A stretch of DNA of 64,000 nucleotides from the NCBI GenBank assembly GCA_017939155.1, contig JAGAZZ010000006.1, positions 7,564-71,563 on the forward strand. Reading direction: 5' to 3'. Shown one piece after another: positions 27,457 to 36,653 of the stretch. Under the pieces are notes generated by a model that saw only the letters and a program-made list of their open reading frames with translations, was not told the DNA's origin and made no database searches. Within the stretch, counting starts at the first letter, position 1. The number at the start of each line of letters is the position of its first letter. The DNA is from Alphaproteobacteria bacterium. Lineage in GTDB: Bacteria > Pseudomonadota > Alphaproteobacteria > RF32 > CAG-239. A program made the translations under genes and the position numbers.

Positions 27457-28422
27457 TTATTTTGTCCCGTATAAAAACCACTTGAGCTTAGCTTTCACAA
27501 GCGACATCGCCGCCCGTGTGGAACTCGCTTCACTTAACGCATTGAGCATCATAAAATCATGAATCGTGCCGTTAATCCGCACCGAGATAGTTTTAACCCC
27601 CGCCTCATCAAGTTTTTTGGCGTATGCCTCGCCCTCATCGCGTAAAACATCGTTTTCACCCGTAATCACGAGCGCCGGCGGCAATTCTTTAAGCTCTTCA
27701 ACCGTCGCCATCAACGGGCTTGCTTCTTTAGCCTTGCGTTTTTCTTCATCCGGAAGATACTGATTCCAAAACCATTTCATCGCCTCTTTAGTAAGCCACG
27801 GTCCTTTTTCAAATGTTTGGTACGATTCGCTGTCAAATTCCGCCGAGGTCACCGGATATAACAGCAATTGAAAACAAATAGGCGGCACACCACCTCTTTC
27901 TTTAGCCATCAACGTCATCACGGTTGCCATATTGCCGCCGACACTATCACCCGCAACCGCCAAATGTCTGCTGTCAAGCCCGTATTCGTCCCCATGCTCG
28001 GCAATATACAAAAGCCCTTTATACAAATCTTCCGTCACTTGCGGAAATTGCGCCTCGGGCGATGGCGTATAAATCGGAAAAACCACCCCCGCCGGAATAT
28101 CCGCCGCCAGTTCGGAAATCAAGCGCCGGTGCGTCACGTCATCGCCCATCACCCAGCCGCCGCCGTGAATATAATACACCACGCCAACCTCGCCGGTTAA
28201 CCCTGCCGGTTTAACAATCAAAAGCTTTAATTTGCGCCCTTCCCCTACGTCCACTTCAATTTTTTGCGCGCTCACTTTCGGCAAGTCAAGCTCCTCTTTT
28301 TGCACATCCAAAAGCACTTGACGCGCCTCCTTGGGGGTTAAGGTATACAAAGGCGCGCTCTGCTCTTCACTCAAGCTGTCAACAAATACTTTAACGTCAC
28401 GAAACAATTTTTCTTTTACCAT
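27457..28422 (-). CDS. Alpha/beta hydrolase (hormone-sensitive-lipase-like esterase)
   Basis: HGGGW oxyanion motif and GDSVGGN nucleophile elbow. The ATG at 28422 (MVKEKLF...) is preceded by AAAGGAGA. Confidence 0.85.
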   Translation of the reverse strand: MVKEKLFRDVKVFVDSLSEEQSAPLYTLTPKEARQVLLDVQKEELDLPKVSAQKIEVDVGEGRKLKLLIVKPAGLTGEVGVVYYIHGGGWVMGDDVTHRRLISELAADIPAGVVFPIYTPSPEAQFPQVTEDLYKGLLYIAEHGDEYGLDSRHLAVAGDSVGGNMATVMTLMAKERGGVPPICFQLLLYPVTSAEFDSESYQTFEKGPWLTKEAMKWFWNQYLPDEEKRKAKEASPLMATVEELKELPPALVITGENDVLRDEGEAYAKKLDEAGVKTISVRINGTIHDFMMLNALSEASSTRAAMSLVKAKLKWFLYGTK

Positions 28423-28629
28423 GTCAAATCTCCTTTTCACCCTCTGAAATAACCCGTCAAATTCCGTTTTCAAGCTCAAAAAGTGATATTATGTTTCTCC
28501 CCTTTTTAAACATAAAAAACCGCCCGAAACATCTCTCGGGCGATTCTCTTTGCAAATATCCTGCCTGCTTATTTCAACTTGTCATATTCTTCATCTGTCA
28601 CCGGCTCAAGCCACTCGGCGCTAGCCCCC

Positions 28630-28878
28630 TCATTCGGAACAGAAACCGCAATACGCATACGTCTGTACCAAAATTTCCTTAAATTCATTAACGCTCACGC
28701 CATTATCCAGCCCTTTGCTCAACGCTTGTTTTAACCCTGCCTGATTACCGCGCGCCGCATACGCCGCCGCCTCGGCAATAGATTTTTGTTTAGCATTTAA
28801 CGCATTTTCTGCCATTGCATTTCCTCCCAAAAATAACATTGTACCCAAAATAAACGAAGTCAAAACTTTGTTTGCCAT
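28630..28878 (-). CDS. Secreted carboxymuconolactone-decarboxylase-like small protein, possibly truncated or frameshifted
   Basis: Signal peptide and a CMD-like segment ...VSVNEFKEILVQTYAYCGF, then a stop. A +1 frame continues to 28569 (VPNEGASAEWLEPVTDEEYDKLK*). Confidence 0.4.
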   Translation of the reverse strand: MANKVLTSFILGTMLFLGGNAMAENALNAKQKSIAEAAAYAARGNQAGLKQALSKGLDNGVSVNEFKEILVQTYAYCGFCSE

Positions 28879-29018
28879 AACATAACTCCTGATAAATAAT
28901 AAACCAACAAAGCCTTAACGGCTTTTGTAAAAAGTACTATAATTTTTAGAGTATACTCTAAGTCAAGCCTTATTTTATAAAATCGAAAAAAAATTTATTT
29001 TAAGAAAAAATGAGTTTA

Positions 29019-29858
29019 TTACAATCCCTTGTCTTTAACAATAACATTCTTCAAATACGCAATGTCTTCCTCTTTGCCGATAATATGAGCGTTCTTAAAT
29101 TTCAAATCGTCGGTTAAATCATCTGTATCAAGCTTTTCCAAATATTTTCCCGCCTTAACATCATATAATCTATATCCCAGCGCTCTAAAAATACACCACC
29201 CGCCGGCCATATCCCAAAGCCAATCTTTAAACATACCGCAACGCGCCCTGCCGGTTGCCAGTAAAACATAACAAAAAACCGAGCAAAAATAATCCACAAA
29301 CAGATAATTTTTAACGTTCTTACTGTTATCTAATTCAAAATGCCGTTGCAAATCAACAATAAGCGGTGAATTTGAAACAAAATCTTCATGTAACCGAATA
29401 AAATGTTCCTGCTCATTAAAAGCATTTTTCACCCAATACGCTTCATTTTTGTCATTAACAAAAACTAACTCGCCTAACGCCGGCAAATACAATGCCCCCA
29501 AATACGGTTTACCTTTTTTAAAAACCCCGAGCGAAACGCCAAACAACGGAATATTTTGGCTATAATGCACCGTCCCGTCCAACGGGTCTAAAACGAACAA
29601 ATACTCACAATTGTTCATTTTCGTCTTAACATCAGAACCATATTTGCCAAAACTTTCCTCATCCAAAATCAAATAATCTAAATCCGAAAAATGCTCTGCG
29701 GCATACGCCTCAAACAGACGGCTGATTTCCAAATCCGTCTTAGTAACCATCGTCACGGGCTGCGCTCCCTTATACCCAATATCAAGCCCTTTTTCACAAC
29801 GAAGACGAAGCTGTTTCTCTCCCACCTGTTTGATAAATTCTAAAATAGTGTCAATCAT
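29019..29858 (-). CDS. Inositol monophosphatase family protein
   Basis: LDPLDGT and WDMAGG motifs. The ATG at 29858 gives MIDTILEF... Confidence 0.8.
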   Translation of the reverse strand: MIDTILEFIKQVGEKQLRLRCEKGLDIGYKGAQPVTMVTKTDLEISRLFEAYAAEHFSDLDYLILDEESFGKYGSDVKTKMNNCEYLFVLDPLDGTVHYSQNIPLFGVSLGVFKKGKPYLGALYLPALGELVFVNDKNEAYWVKNAFNEQEHFIRLHEDFVSNSPLIVDLQRHFELDNSKNVKNYLFVDYFCSVFCYVLLATGRARCGMFKDWLWDMAGGWCIFRALGYRLYDVKAGKYLEKLDTDDLTDDLKFKNAHIIGKEEDIAYLKNVIVKDKGL

Positions 29859-30021
29859 ATCCCTAACCTTTCCCAACAAAACTACGCTAAAAAAATTAAA
29901 ACATATTTAAAATACACTTATAAAAACAAATCGTACCTCACACCTTAAAGACACCCAGCCATAAAAAAGCCTCCCAAAGGAAGCTTTTTAACGCGTTTCA
30001 TACCAAAATTTATAAAAATTC

Positions 30022-30729
30022 CTATCTGTCCTTAGATAAATCTAACGGCACCGCACATTGTTTGTTCTTAATGTGTTTGGTAATTTCTAATTCCATTATT
30101 TTTTCACACTCGCGGTTAATCAAGGGATAATTCGCGTTCCACTCTTTTTTATCCCATTTGTTTTCTTTGGAAGCTTTGTTCATTTTTTGAACAAACAAAT
30201 CGTGTTTTAGCCCACCTGTCGCAAATTTAAATATATTAGATTTTACAGCTTTTTTCCAGTCTAAGACTCTCCCGTCCGGAGAAATAACCGGCTGTTCCTC
30301 ACTCCAAATGCCAATCGCCGCATCTGCCTCCACAACGCCCAAACATTCTTGAACACAAACATCATCAAAATATCCTGCGTTCAGTTTCTTCATTTCCTGT
30401 TTAAATGCCACAATCTCCGGTCGCTTAAAAATATTTTCTTTTTTCCTCATCTCGCTGTCAGCCTGATAAAAATACCGCTCATTTGAAAGGTCAATATTCT
30501 CAATATTTTTCTTTTTCTCATCATCCGAAAGAGAACCGTTGTTTACCGAATTAATCGCCAAAGACACCAACGCCATAGCATACAAACGCCTTGCCGCCTT
30601 ATAATCATCCCTAAAATAGGTCGGATTACCGGATATTTTTTTAGCTATTGCCACCCCTTCCTTAAAAACCGGCAATAAGCTTTGTTCCATTATTTTGAAA
30701 GGGTCTTTTAATTCTTCATCTTGCAACAT
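30022..30729 (-). CDS. Hypothetical protein (ORFan)
   Basis: The ORF is open to 30762. The ATG at 30729 (MLQDEELKD) has an AAGGAAG SD, and alternative starts lie at 30759 and 30762. No family was recognised. Confidence 0.55.
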   Translation of the reverse strand: MLQDEELKDPFKIMEQSLLPVFKEGVAIAKKISGNPTYFRDDYKAARRLYAMALVSLAINSVNNGSLSDDEKKKNIENIDLSNERYFYQADSEMRKKENIFKRPEIVAFKQEMKKLNAGYFDDVCVQECLGVVEADAAIGIWSEEQPVISPDGRVLDWKKAVKSNIFKFATGGLKHDLFVQKMNKASKENKWDKKEWNANYPLINRECEKIMELEITKHIKNKQCAVPLDLSKDR

Positions 30730-30841
30730 TCCGTCTTCCTTTATAAAGGTCTTAAACATCAAAAGTATAACAGTTTTTCAAGAATAAAGCAACAACTTTT
30801 TGCTACAAAACAAGCCCCCATTTTATGGGAGCTCATTTAAT

Positions 30842-30857
30842 TGGTGACAGCGGCGGG
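30842..30857 (-). repeat. Partial duplicate of the tRNA-Arg 3' end (distal copy)
   Basis: tggtgacagcggcggg is identical to 31273-31288 and is flanked by a degenerate copy of the tRNA-downstream hairpin. Confidence 0.8.
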
Positions 30858-30866
30858 CTGAGGAGT

Positions 30867-31015
30867 AAAAAACAATTCGGGGAATTGTTTTTTGCCCGAA
30901 GGCGAGAAAAACCTTTGCTTTTAAAAGTGGTGTAAACCACGCATAAAAAGCTTAGGTTTTCGAGTGACCGAAGCGGAGTTGGCGCGCGCAAAAGCGCAAG
31001 CCTTACGAAGCAAGA
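30867..31015 (-). repeat. F element copy 3 (structured ~149-nt element)
   Basis: The minus strand starts tcttgcttcgtaagg and contains ccaactccgcttcggtca. It has the GCTTTT..[GTGGT-TTAC-ACCAC]..AAAAGC helix and ends AAAAAACAATT-cccc-GAATTGTTTTTT. Confidence 0.55.
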
Positions 31016-31095
31016 CCGAACCCACGGGGTCGAGCCCGCCCACATCTCCTCATTTTCGCTACAAAACAAGCCCCCTCGAAGGGGGCTTGTTTAAT

Positions 31096-31114
31096 TGGTG
31101 GCAGCGGCGGGACT
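31096..31114 (-). repeat. Partial duplicate of the tRNA-Arg 3' end (proximal copy)
   Basis: tggtggcagcggcgggact matches 31273-31291 with one mismatch. It is preceded by the hairpin caagccccc-tcga-agggggcttg (31067-31089), which resembles the one next to the real tRNA (31243-31268). Confidence 0.8.
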
Positions 31115-31272
31115 GACCTCATTACATTCGGCCGCACGGGCGCTCATCGGCTTACCGCCGACCGGCGTTCTCCGCCCGCCTTTCGCTTGTAGTCAAACCC
31201 ACTATTCCGTGGGTTCGAGTCCAAAACATCATTACCAATTAAGCAAGCCCCCTCGAAGGGGGCTTGCTTAAT

Positions 31273-31349
31273 TGGTGACAGCGGCGGGACTCGAACCCAC
31301 TACCCACAGTTTAGGAAACTGTTGCTCTATCCTGATGAGCTACGCCGCC
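31273..31349 (-). tRNA. tRNA-Arg (anticodon CCT)
   Basis: 77 nt: GGCGGCG-TA-GCTC..GAGC-A-ACAGT-TTCCTAA-ACTGT-GGGTA-GTGGG-TTCGAGT-CCCGC-CGCTGTC-A-CCA. The cloverleaf has two G-U pairs in the acceptor stem, and CCA is encoded. Confidence 0.9.
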
Positions 31350-31482
31350 CCATATATCTCACATATACAATCCCGCCGCTTATTTTGCAAGCAAAATTTT
31401 TACACTTAGTTAACGTTTTTCTGTTTCAAAATTTTTTTTCTCAACTATAATAACAAAAAGAACTTAAAAAAGGAGAAAGTCC

Positions 31483-32286
31483 ATGAAAGAGCACCTCCTC
31501 TCCCTGACAAGAAACTGCATTGTTCTCGGCGCCGTACTGCTTTTGTACGGCGTTTTTTGTGAGCCGAACTGCCTGCAAGTTACTCATTACACCATAGAAA
31601 ACCCCGCCCTTTCCGGTATAAAAGTCGCCTTTGCATCGGATTTTCACGTTTCCAAACGCCACCTCAAACGCCTCTATAAAACCATTAACGCGATTAATGC
31701 CGAAAAACCCGACCTCGTTATTTTAGGCGGAGATTATGTCAAAGGTCATAAAAAATCCTCCTCTCTGCCGATAGAGCAAATCGCCGCCGCTTTCACACAC
31801 CTAAAAAGCCCGCAGGGAACCTACGCCGTGCTTGGCAATCATGACCATTATTACGGCAAAAAAGAAGTCGCTTCTGCGCTCAAAAACGCCGGTATAACCG
31901 TCCTTGATAACAAAAACCGTCGCCTCAATATCAACAATAAAGAGCTAACTTTAGCCGGCGTAGCCGATTATTCGGAAGACAAACCGGATTTAATCAAAGC
32001 TTTCAAAAACGCAACCGCACCGGCAATCTTAGTTTCTCACTCACCGGACATCTTTCCCTCAAGCCCCAAAACTGCGCTAACGTTAGCCGCACACACCCAC
32101 GGCGGGCAAATCCGCCTCCCCGTCTTTGGCGCGCCGCTCATCCCCTCAGAGTATAAAAGACGCTACGACGCCGGCTTTATCCGCGAAAACGCCAAAGATA
32201 TGATTGTCACCCAAGGTCTTGGCACCAGCCTCTTGCCGATACGCCTCAACTGCCCGCCGGAAATTGTCATCATCTCCTTTAAATAA
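31483..32286 (+). CDS. Membrane-anchored metallophosphoesterase
   Basis: SDFH, GGDY, GNHD and HTHGGQ calcineurin-like motifs with an N-terminal TM. Confidence 0.85.
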   Translation: MKEHLLSLTRNCIVLGAVLLLYGVFCEPNCLQVTHYTIENPALSGIKVAFASDFHVSKRHLKRLYKTINAINAEKPDLVILGGDYVKGHKKSSSLPIEQIAAAFTHLKSPQGTYAVLGNHDHYYGKKEVASALKNAGITVLDNKNRRLNINNKELTLAGVADYSEDKPDLIKAFKNATAPAILVSHSPDIFPSSPKTALTLAAHTHGGQIRLPVFGAPLIPSEYKRRYDAGFIRENAKDMIVTQGLGTSLLPIRLNCPPEIVIISFK

Positions 32287-32382
32287 AATAGCGAAAAGCA
32301 AAACTTCTTGACAAAATTTTAAGTTTTGCCTATAAAAAATTTAGAAATATATTTTTATGTCTAATCTTTAATTTTTACAATT

Positions 32383-33945
32383 ATGAAACATCTAAACAAT
32401 GAGGTAATCTATCAGATTTACCCGCTGACTTTCAATTACGCGCCGGGAAGCAAAAGTGACCCTTACAAAGGCTCGTATGGTAATCTCAAGGGCATTACGG
32501 CTCTTGCTCCTTATGTCGCCTCCTTAGGCGTTGATACGATATGGCTCACGCCGTTCTATCCTTGGGGCGGTCACGGTTTTGGGTATGACATCACCGACTA
32601 CACCGGGATTGACCCGATGTTTGGCACCACCGAAGATTTGCAAGAACTTTGCAAAACTTTCCATAATTTAGGGCTAAGGGTTTTGATTGACCAAGTCTAT
32701 AACCATTGTTCAATGCACCACCCGTGGTTTCAAAAAAGCCTGAAAAAAGAAGCGCCGTACACCGACTACTTTGTATGGGCTGACGCCAAAGGCTACGATG
32801 AAAACAACGAGCCGATAGCGCCGAACAACTGGCCGGCAACATGGTCATCAGACGGGGACAGCGTTTGGCGTTGGAGCAAAAAACGCCGGCAGTTCTATAT
32901 GCACAGCTTTGACTACACGATGCCAAACCTAAACTTGAACAATCCTGTTGTGCAAGATGAACTGTTGAAAGTTGCCAAGTACTGGTTTGATTTGGGCATA
33001 GACGGCTTCCGTTTAGATGCCACGACACATTATGCGTGTGACCCGCTTTTGCGTGACAATCCGCTTGATGAAAACGGCAAACAAAAACGCATCTATGACG
33101 TCACAACCCAAGGCGGTGCTGATTTTATCAACCGCTTAAAGCAGTTGTGTAACTCTTATGCGACACCCAAAACATTGCTTGCCGAATACTGGTTTGACAA
33201 GAGCCCTGAAAGCCTTGATAAAAACAGCAAACTCATCAAAAACAGCGGCTGTGACGCCTTTTTCCTTGATGCACTCAATCACAAACTCTCAGACTTTGTC
33301 AAGAACGTATCAACGGCATTAAGCGTCATCCCCAAAGGCGAGAAAATGAATTGGGCATTCAGCAATCATGACCTTGAGCGTGCGGCAACACGCCTGTTTG
33401 GCAATCACTACACCCCGCAAAAGATGGTGATGTTAATGCAGCTTTTAACCGCTCTGCCGGGAAGTATTTGCCTGTTCCAAGGCGATGAGCTGGGGTTGCC
33501 TAATCCGGTTTGGTTTGGAAACTGTAAAAAGCCGGAGTTTGACCCGCTTGACTTATGGACACCATTCTCAATGCCATGGGACGCTGCCCGCGCCGGTTTT
33601 GCCATGAGCAATGCAGACAATGACCCGACCAAAAAAATGGCTTTGCAGCCGGACAGCCGACAATATGCTTTGGCTGTTTCCACCCAAGATAAGCCCGGCT
33701 CAACGCTAAACCGCGTCCGCAAAGCGATTGCCAGACGGCGTAACAGTATTTTCAATGAATATGGCAACATCTATTTCTTAAACAGAAAAAAGCCCGCCGA
33801 GTTCATTGCTTTTGTGCGCACCAACGCTGATGAAAGTCGCAAAGTTCTTTGCCTCTACAATTTCAGTGACCGATATGTGAAACTGACTTACAAAAAAAGA
33901 ACCTACAAACTGGCTCCTGAAAAAGTGCTGATAAAAGAACTCTGA
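32383..33945 (+). CDS. GH13 alpha-amylase-family glycosidase (alpha-glucosidase-like)
   Basis: DQVYNH, GIDGFRLDA and FSNHD conserved GH13 regions. 520 aa. Confidence 0.85.
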   Translation: MKHLNNEVIYQIYPLTFNYAPGSKSDPYKGSYGNLKGITALAPYVASLGVDTIWLTPFYPWGGHGFGYDITDYTGIDPMFGTTEDLQELCKTFHNLGLRVLIDQVYNHCSMHHPWFQKSLKKEAPYTDYFVWADAKGYDENNEPIAPNNWPATWSSDGDSVWRWSKKRRQFYMHSFDYTMPNLNLNNPVVQDELLKVAKYWFDLGIDGFRLDATTHYACDPLLRDNPLDENGKQKRIYDVTTQGGADFINRLKQLCNSYATPKTLLAEYWFDKSPESLDKNSKLIKNSGCDAFFLDALNHKLSDFVKNVSTALSVIPKGEKMNWAFSNHDLERAATRLFGNHYTPQKMVMLMQLLTALPGSICLFQGDELGLPNPVWFGNCKKPEFDPLDLWTPFSMPWDAARAGFAMSNADNDPTKKMALQPDSRQYALAVSTQDKPGSTLNRVRKAIARRRNSIFNEYGNIYFLNRKKPAEFIAFVRTNADESRKVLCLYNFSDRYVKLTYKKRTYKLAPEKVLIKEL

Positions 33946-33979
33946 CATGAAAAACACCGCCCCAATGGCGGTGTTTTTT

Positions 33980-35566
33980 TTACGCCAAAGCCGCCTTAAT
34001 TAACTCTTGGGCATACCCTGTCTGCGGACGCAAAAACACCTCATCAGCCGTCCCTTGTTCAATAATCCGTCCTTTGCGCATAACCGCCACTTCGTGCGAA
34101 ATTGCCCTAACCGCCCGCATATCATGCGAAATAAAAAGATAAGAAATCCCTCTTTCATTTTGCAACCGTTTTAACAAACGGATAATCTCCGCCTGCACCG
34201 TCACATCTAAAGCCGACGTCGGCTCGTCCAAAATCATAATCTTCGGCTCCACCGCAAGCGCCCTTGCAATAGCGATTCGCTGCCGCTGTCCGCCCGAAAA
34301 TTCATGCGGATACTGTTCATAAATCTCTTCACCAAGCCCTACATCTCTTAAAACCTTAATCACTCTTTCCCGCCGTTCTTCTTTATCTAAAGCTCCAAAG
34401 TGAACCTTAATCCCCTCTTCCACAATCTCACCCACCGTCATTCGCGGATTAAGGGAATTATACGGGTCCTGAAAAACCACCTGCACATTTTTTCGAAAGT
34501 CTTTTTCATTTTGAATATGCACAGACTTTGCCGTCAAAATATCCCCTTTATAAGAAATAAGATTAGCCAGACACATCCCGAGCGTCGTCTTGCCCGACCC
34601 CGATTCGCCGACAACTCCCAAAGTTTTCCCTTCATAAAGCGACAAGCTCACGTCATTAACTGCCTTAATCTCTTTTAACACCTTACCGAACAGACTCTTT
34701 TTAATCGGAAAAGAAACCGAGATATGTCTGGCGTCCATCAGTTTTCTTGCGTTAAAATCTTCCCTGGTGGCTGTCTTGGCAAACGCGCTTAAAAGCTCTT
34801 TGGTATAAGGATGATTTGGCACATTAAACACATTACCGACACTCCCCTGCTCCACAATCACACCTTGCCGCATCACAATCACACGCTCGGCAATTTTCTT
34901 AACCACACTCAAATCATGCGAGATAAAAATAACCGCCATCTTAAATTTATTTTTAAGCTTTAAGAGCAGCTCCAAAATCTGCTTTTGCACCGTCACGTCC
35001 AAAGCGGTCGTCGGTTCATCAGCAATCAGGATTTTCGGTCGGTTGGCAACCGCCATGGCAATCATCACCCTTTGCCGCTGTCCGCCGGAGAGTTCAAACG
35101 GATAAGCTTCCATCCGCTCTCTAGCGTTTTCAATCCCGACAAGTTTAAGCAAATAGCGCGCTCTTGCCTTAGCTTTTATAGCCGAAACATTTTTATGCGC
35201 GCGGATAACTTCGGCAATCTGTTCCCCCACTTTTAAGAGCGGATTAAGCGAGCTCATCGGCTCTTGAAACACCATACTAATCTCATTGCCGCGCACCTCT
35301 TGCCATTCCTCTTCGGAAAGTCCGGTCAACTCCCTGCCCTCAAACACAATTGAGTTCGTGCTTTTATAAAGCACTTTCTTTGCGTCAATCAAGCCCATAA
35401 GCGACAACGCCGTCACCGATTTTCCTGAGCCCGATTCGCCGACAATGGCTAAAACCTCACCGGGATTTACCTCAAAACTGCTATTATAAACCGCTGAAAA
35501 TAACCCGCCGTCTTCTTTAATAAAGCGGACATTCAAGCTCTTAACTTCTAAAACCGGCTCGCTCAT
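33980..35566 (-). CDS. ABC transporter ATP-binding protein with two ATPase domains (YejF-like)
   Basis: Two Walker A motifs (GESGSGKS/T), two LSGGQRQR signatures and two Walker B motifs. 528 aa. Confidence 0.9.
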   Translation of the reverse strand: MSEPVLEVKSLNVRFIKEDGGLFSAVYNSSFEVNPGEVLAIVGESGSGKSVTALSLMGLIDAKKVLYKSTNSIVFEGRELTGLSEEEWQEVRGNEISMVFQEPMSSLNPLLKVGEQIAEVIRAHKNVSAIKAKARARYLLKLVGIENARERMEAYPFELSGGQRQRVMIAMAVANRPKILIADEPTTALDVTVQKQILELLLKLKNKFKMAVIFISHDLSVVKKIAERVIVMRQGVIVEQGSVGNVFNVPNHPYTKELLSAFAKTATREDFNARKLMDARHISVSFPIKKSLFGKVLKEIKAVNDVSLSLYEGKTLGVVGESGSGKTTLGMCLANLISYKGDILTAKSVHIQNEKDFRKNVQVVFQDPYNSLNPRMTVGEIVEEGIKVHFGALDKEERRERVIKVLRDVGLGEEIYEQYPHEFSGGQRQRIAIARALAVEPKIMILDEPTSALDVTVQAEIIRLLKRLQNERGISYLFISHDMRAVRAISHEVAVMRKGRIIEQGTADEVFLRPQTGYAQELIKAALA

Positions 35567-36561
35567 CTTTTCCTCTTATCCATCGCGTCCCGTACCCCTT
35601 CGCCGATAAAAATCAGCAAAGACAGCATTAAGGACAACACAAAAAAGATACTCAACCCAATCCACGGCGCCTGCAAATTATCCTTTCCCTGTCGCACCAA
35701 ATCACCAAGTGACGGATATTCATGCCCTAAACCTAAGCCCAAAAAGTCAAGTGCCGTCAACGCCACAATCGCCCCGGCTAAAATAAACGGCACAAATGTC
35801 ACCGTCGTCACCAACGCATTAGGCAAAATATGCCGGCTCATAATCCGAAAATTGCTAACCCCGACCGCTTTTGCCGCCTTGACATATTCAAAGTTCCGCG
35901 CTCTTAAAAACTCTGCTCGAACCATCCCCGTCAGCTCTGTCCATGAAAACAACAATAAAATAACCAATAACGTCCAAAAACTAGGCACAAACACGCTTGC
36001 CACAATAATCAGTACAAACATCTGCGGCATCGATTCCCAAATCTCAATCACACGTTGCAAAACAATATCCGTCTTCCCGCCGAAATAGCCTTGCACCGCA
36101 CCGATAAAAATACCGATAACCGAAGAAAAAAACGTCAGCAAAAAAGCAAACGCAAACGATAGCCTTATCCCATACAGCAACCTTGCGAAAATATCCCGTC
36201 CTTCTTCATCTGTCCCCAGCCAATGCCGTTTTGACGGCGCCGCCGGAAACGGCTCGTTTAATTCATAATCCACCGTATTATAAGAAAACTCTATAAGCGG
36301 CATAATCATATACCCTTCAGCCTCAATATTTTGCCGGATAAACGGGTCTTTATAATTAGCCTCGGTCGGAAAATCCCCGCCAAACCGAGCATCGGTATAA
36401 ACCTTGGCAATCGGGAAAAAATACTCACCCTGATATTTCAAAACAATCGGCTTGTCGTTGGCAATCACTTCGGCAAATAAAGACAATATTAACATAAACA
36501 CCAACACGCCAAAGGCGGTTTTTGAGCGTTTGTTTTTAATGTATTTGCCAAGCTTCATCAA
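35563..36561 (-). CDS. ABC transporter permease (YejE / oligopeptide-type)
   Basis: BPD-transporter permease pattern with an extended periplasmic N-terminal loop (HWLGTDEEGRDIFARL). It overlaps the ATPase gene by 4 nt. Confidence 0.88.
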   Translation of the reverse strand: MMKLGKYIKNKRSKTAFGVLVFMLILSLFAEVIANDKPIVLKYQGEYFFPIAKVYTDARFGGDFPTEANYKDPFIRQNIEAEGYMIMPLIEFSYNTVDYELNEPFPAAPSKRHWLGTDEEGRDIFARLLYGIRLSFAFAFLLTFFSSVIGIFIGAVQGYFGGKTDIVLQRVIEIWESMPQMFVLIIVASVFVPSFWTLLVILLLFSWTELTGMVRAEFLRARNFEYVKAAKAVGVSNFRIMSRHILPNALVTTVTFVPFILAGAIVALTALDFLGLGLGHEYPSLGDLVRQGKDNLQAPWIGLSIFFVLSLMLSLLIFIGEGVRDAMDKRKR

Positions 36562-36653
36562 ATTTCCGTTCGTTAATTGCTATTAGACAACGAATTAACA
36601 CACTTTTTAGCCGCTGACAAGTGTTTAATCAACAATTAACCGGATTTATTGAA

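Noticed and set aside
30833-31069. 78-aa minus-strand ORF across F element copy 3 and the tRNA 3'-end duplicate
   Set aside because: It reads through a terminator hairpin and an att-like tRNA fragment. The equivalent frame is closed in the other F copies, so it is interpreted as RNA or repeat sequence.
31273-31349. Group I intron in tRNA-Arg(CCU), as reported for some Alphaproteobacteria
   Set aside because: The anticodon loop TTCCTAA is uninterrupted and the gene folds as a standard 77-nt cloverleaf.
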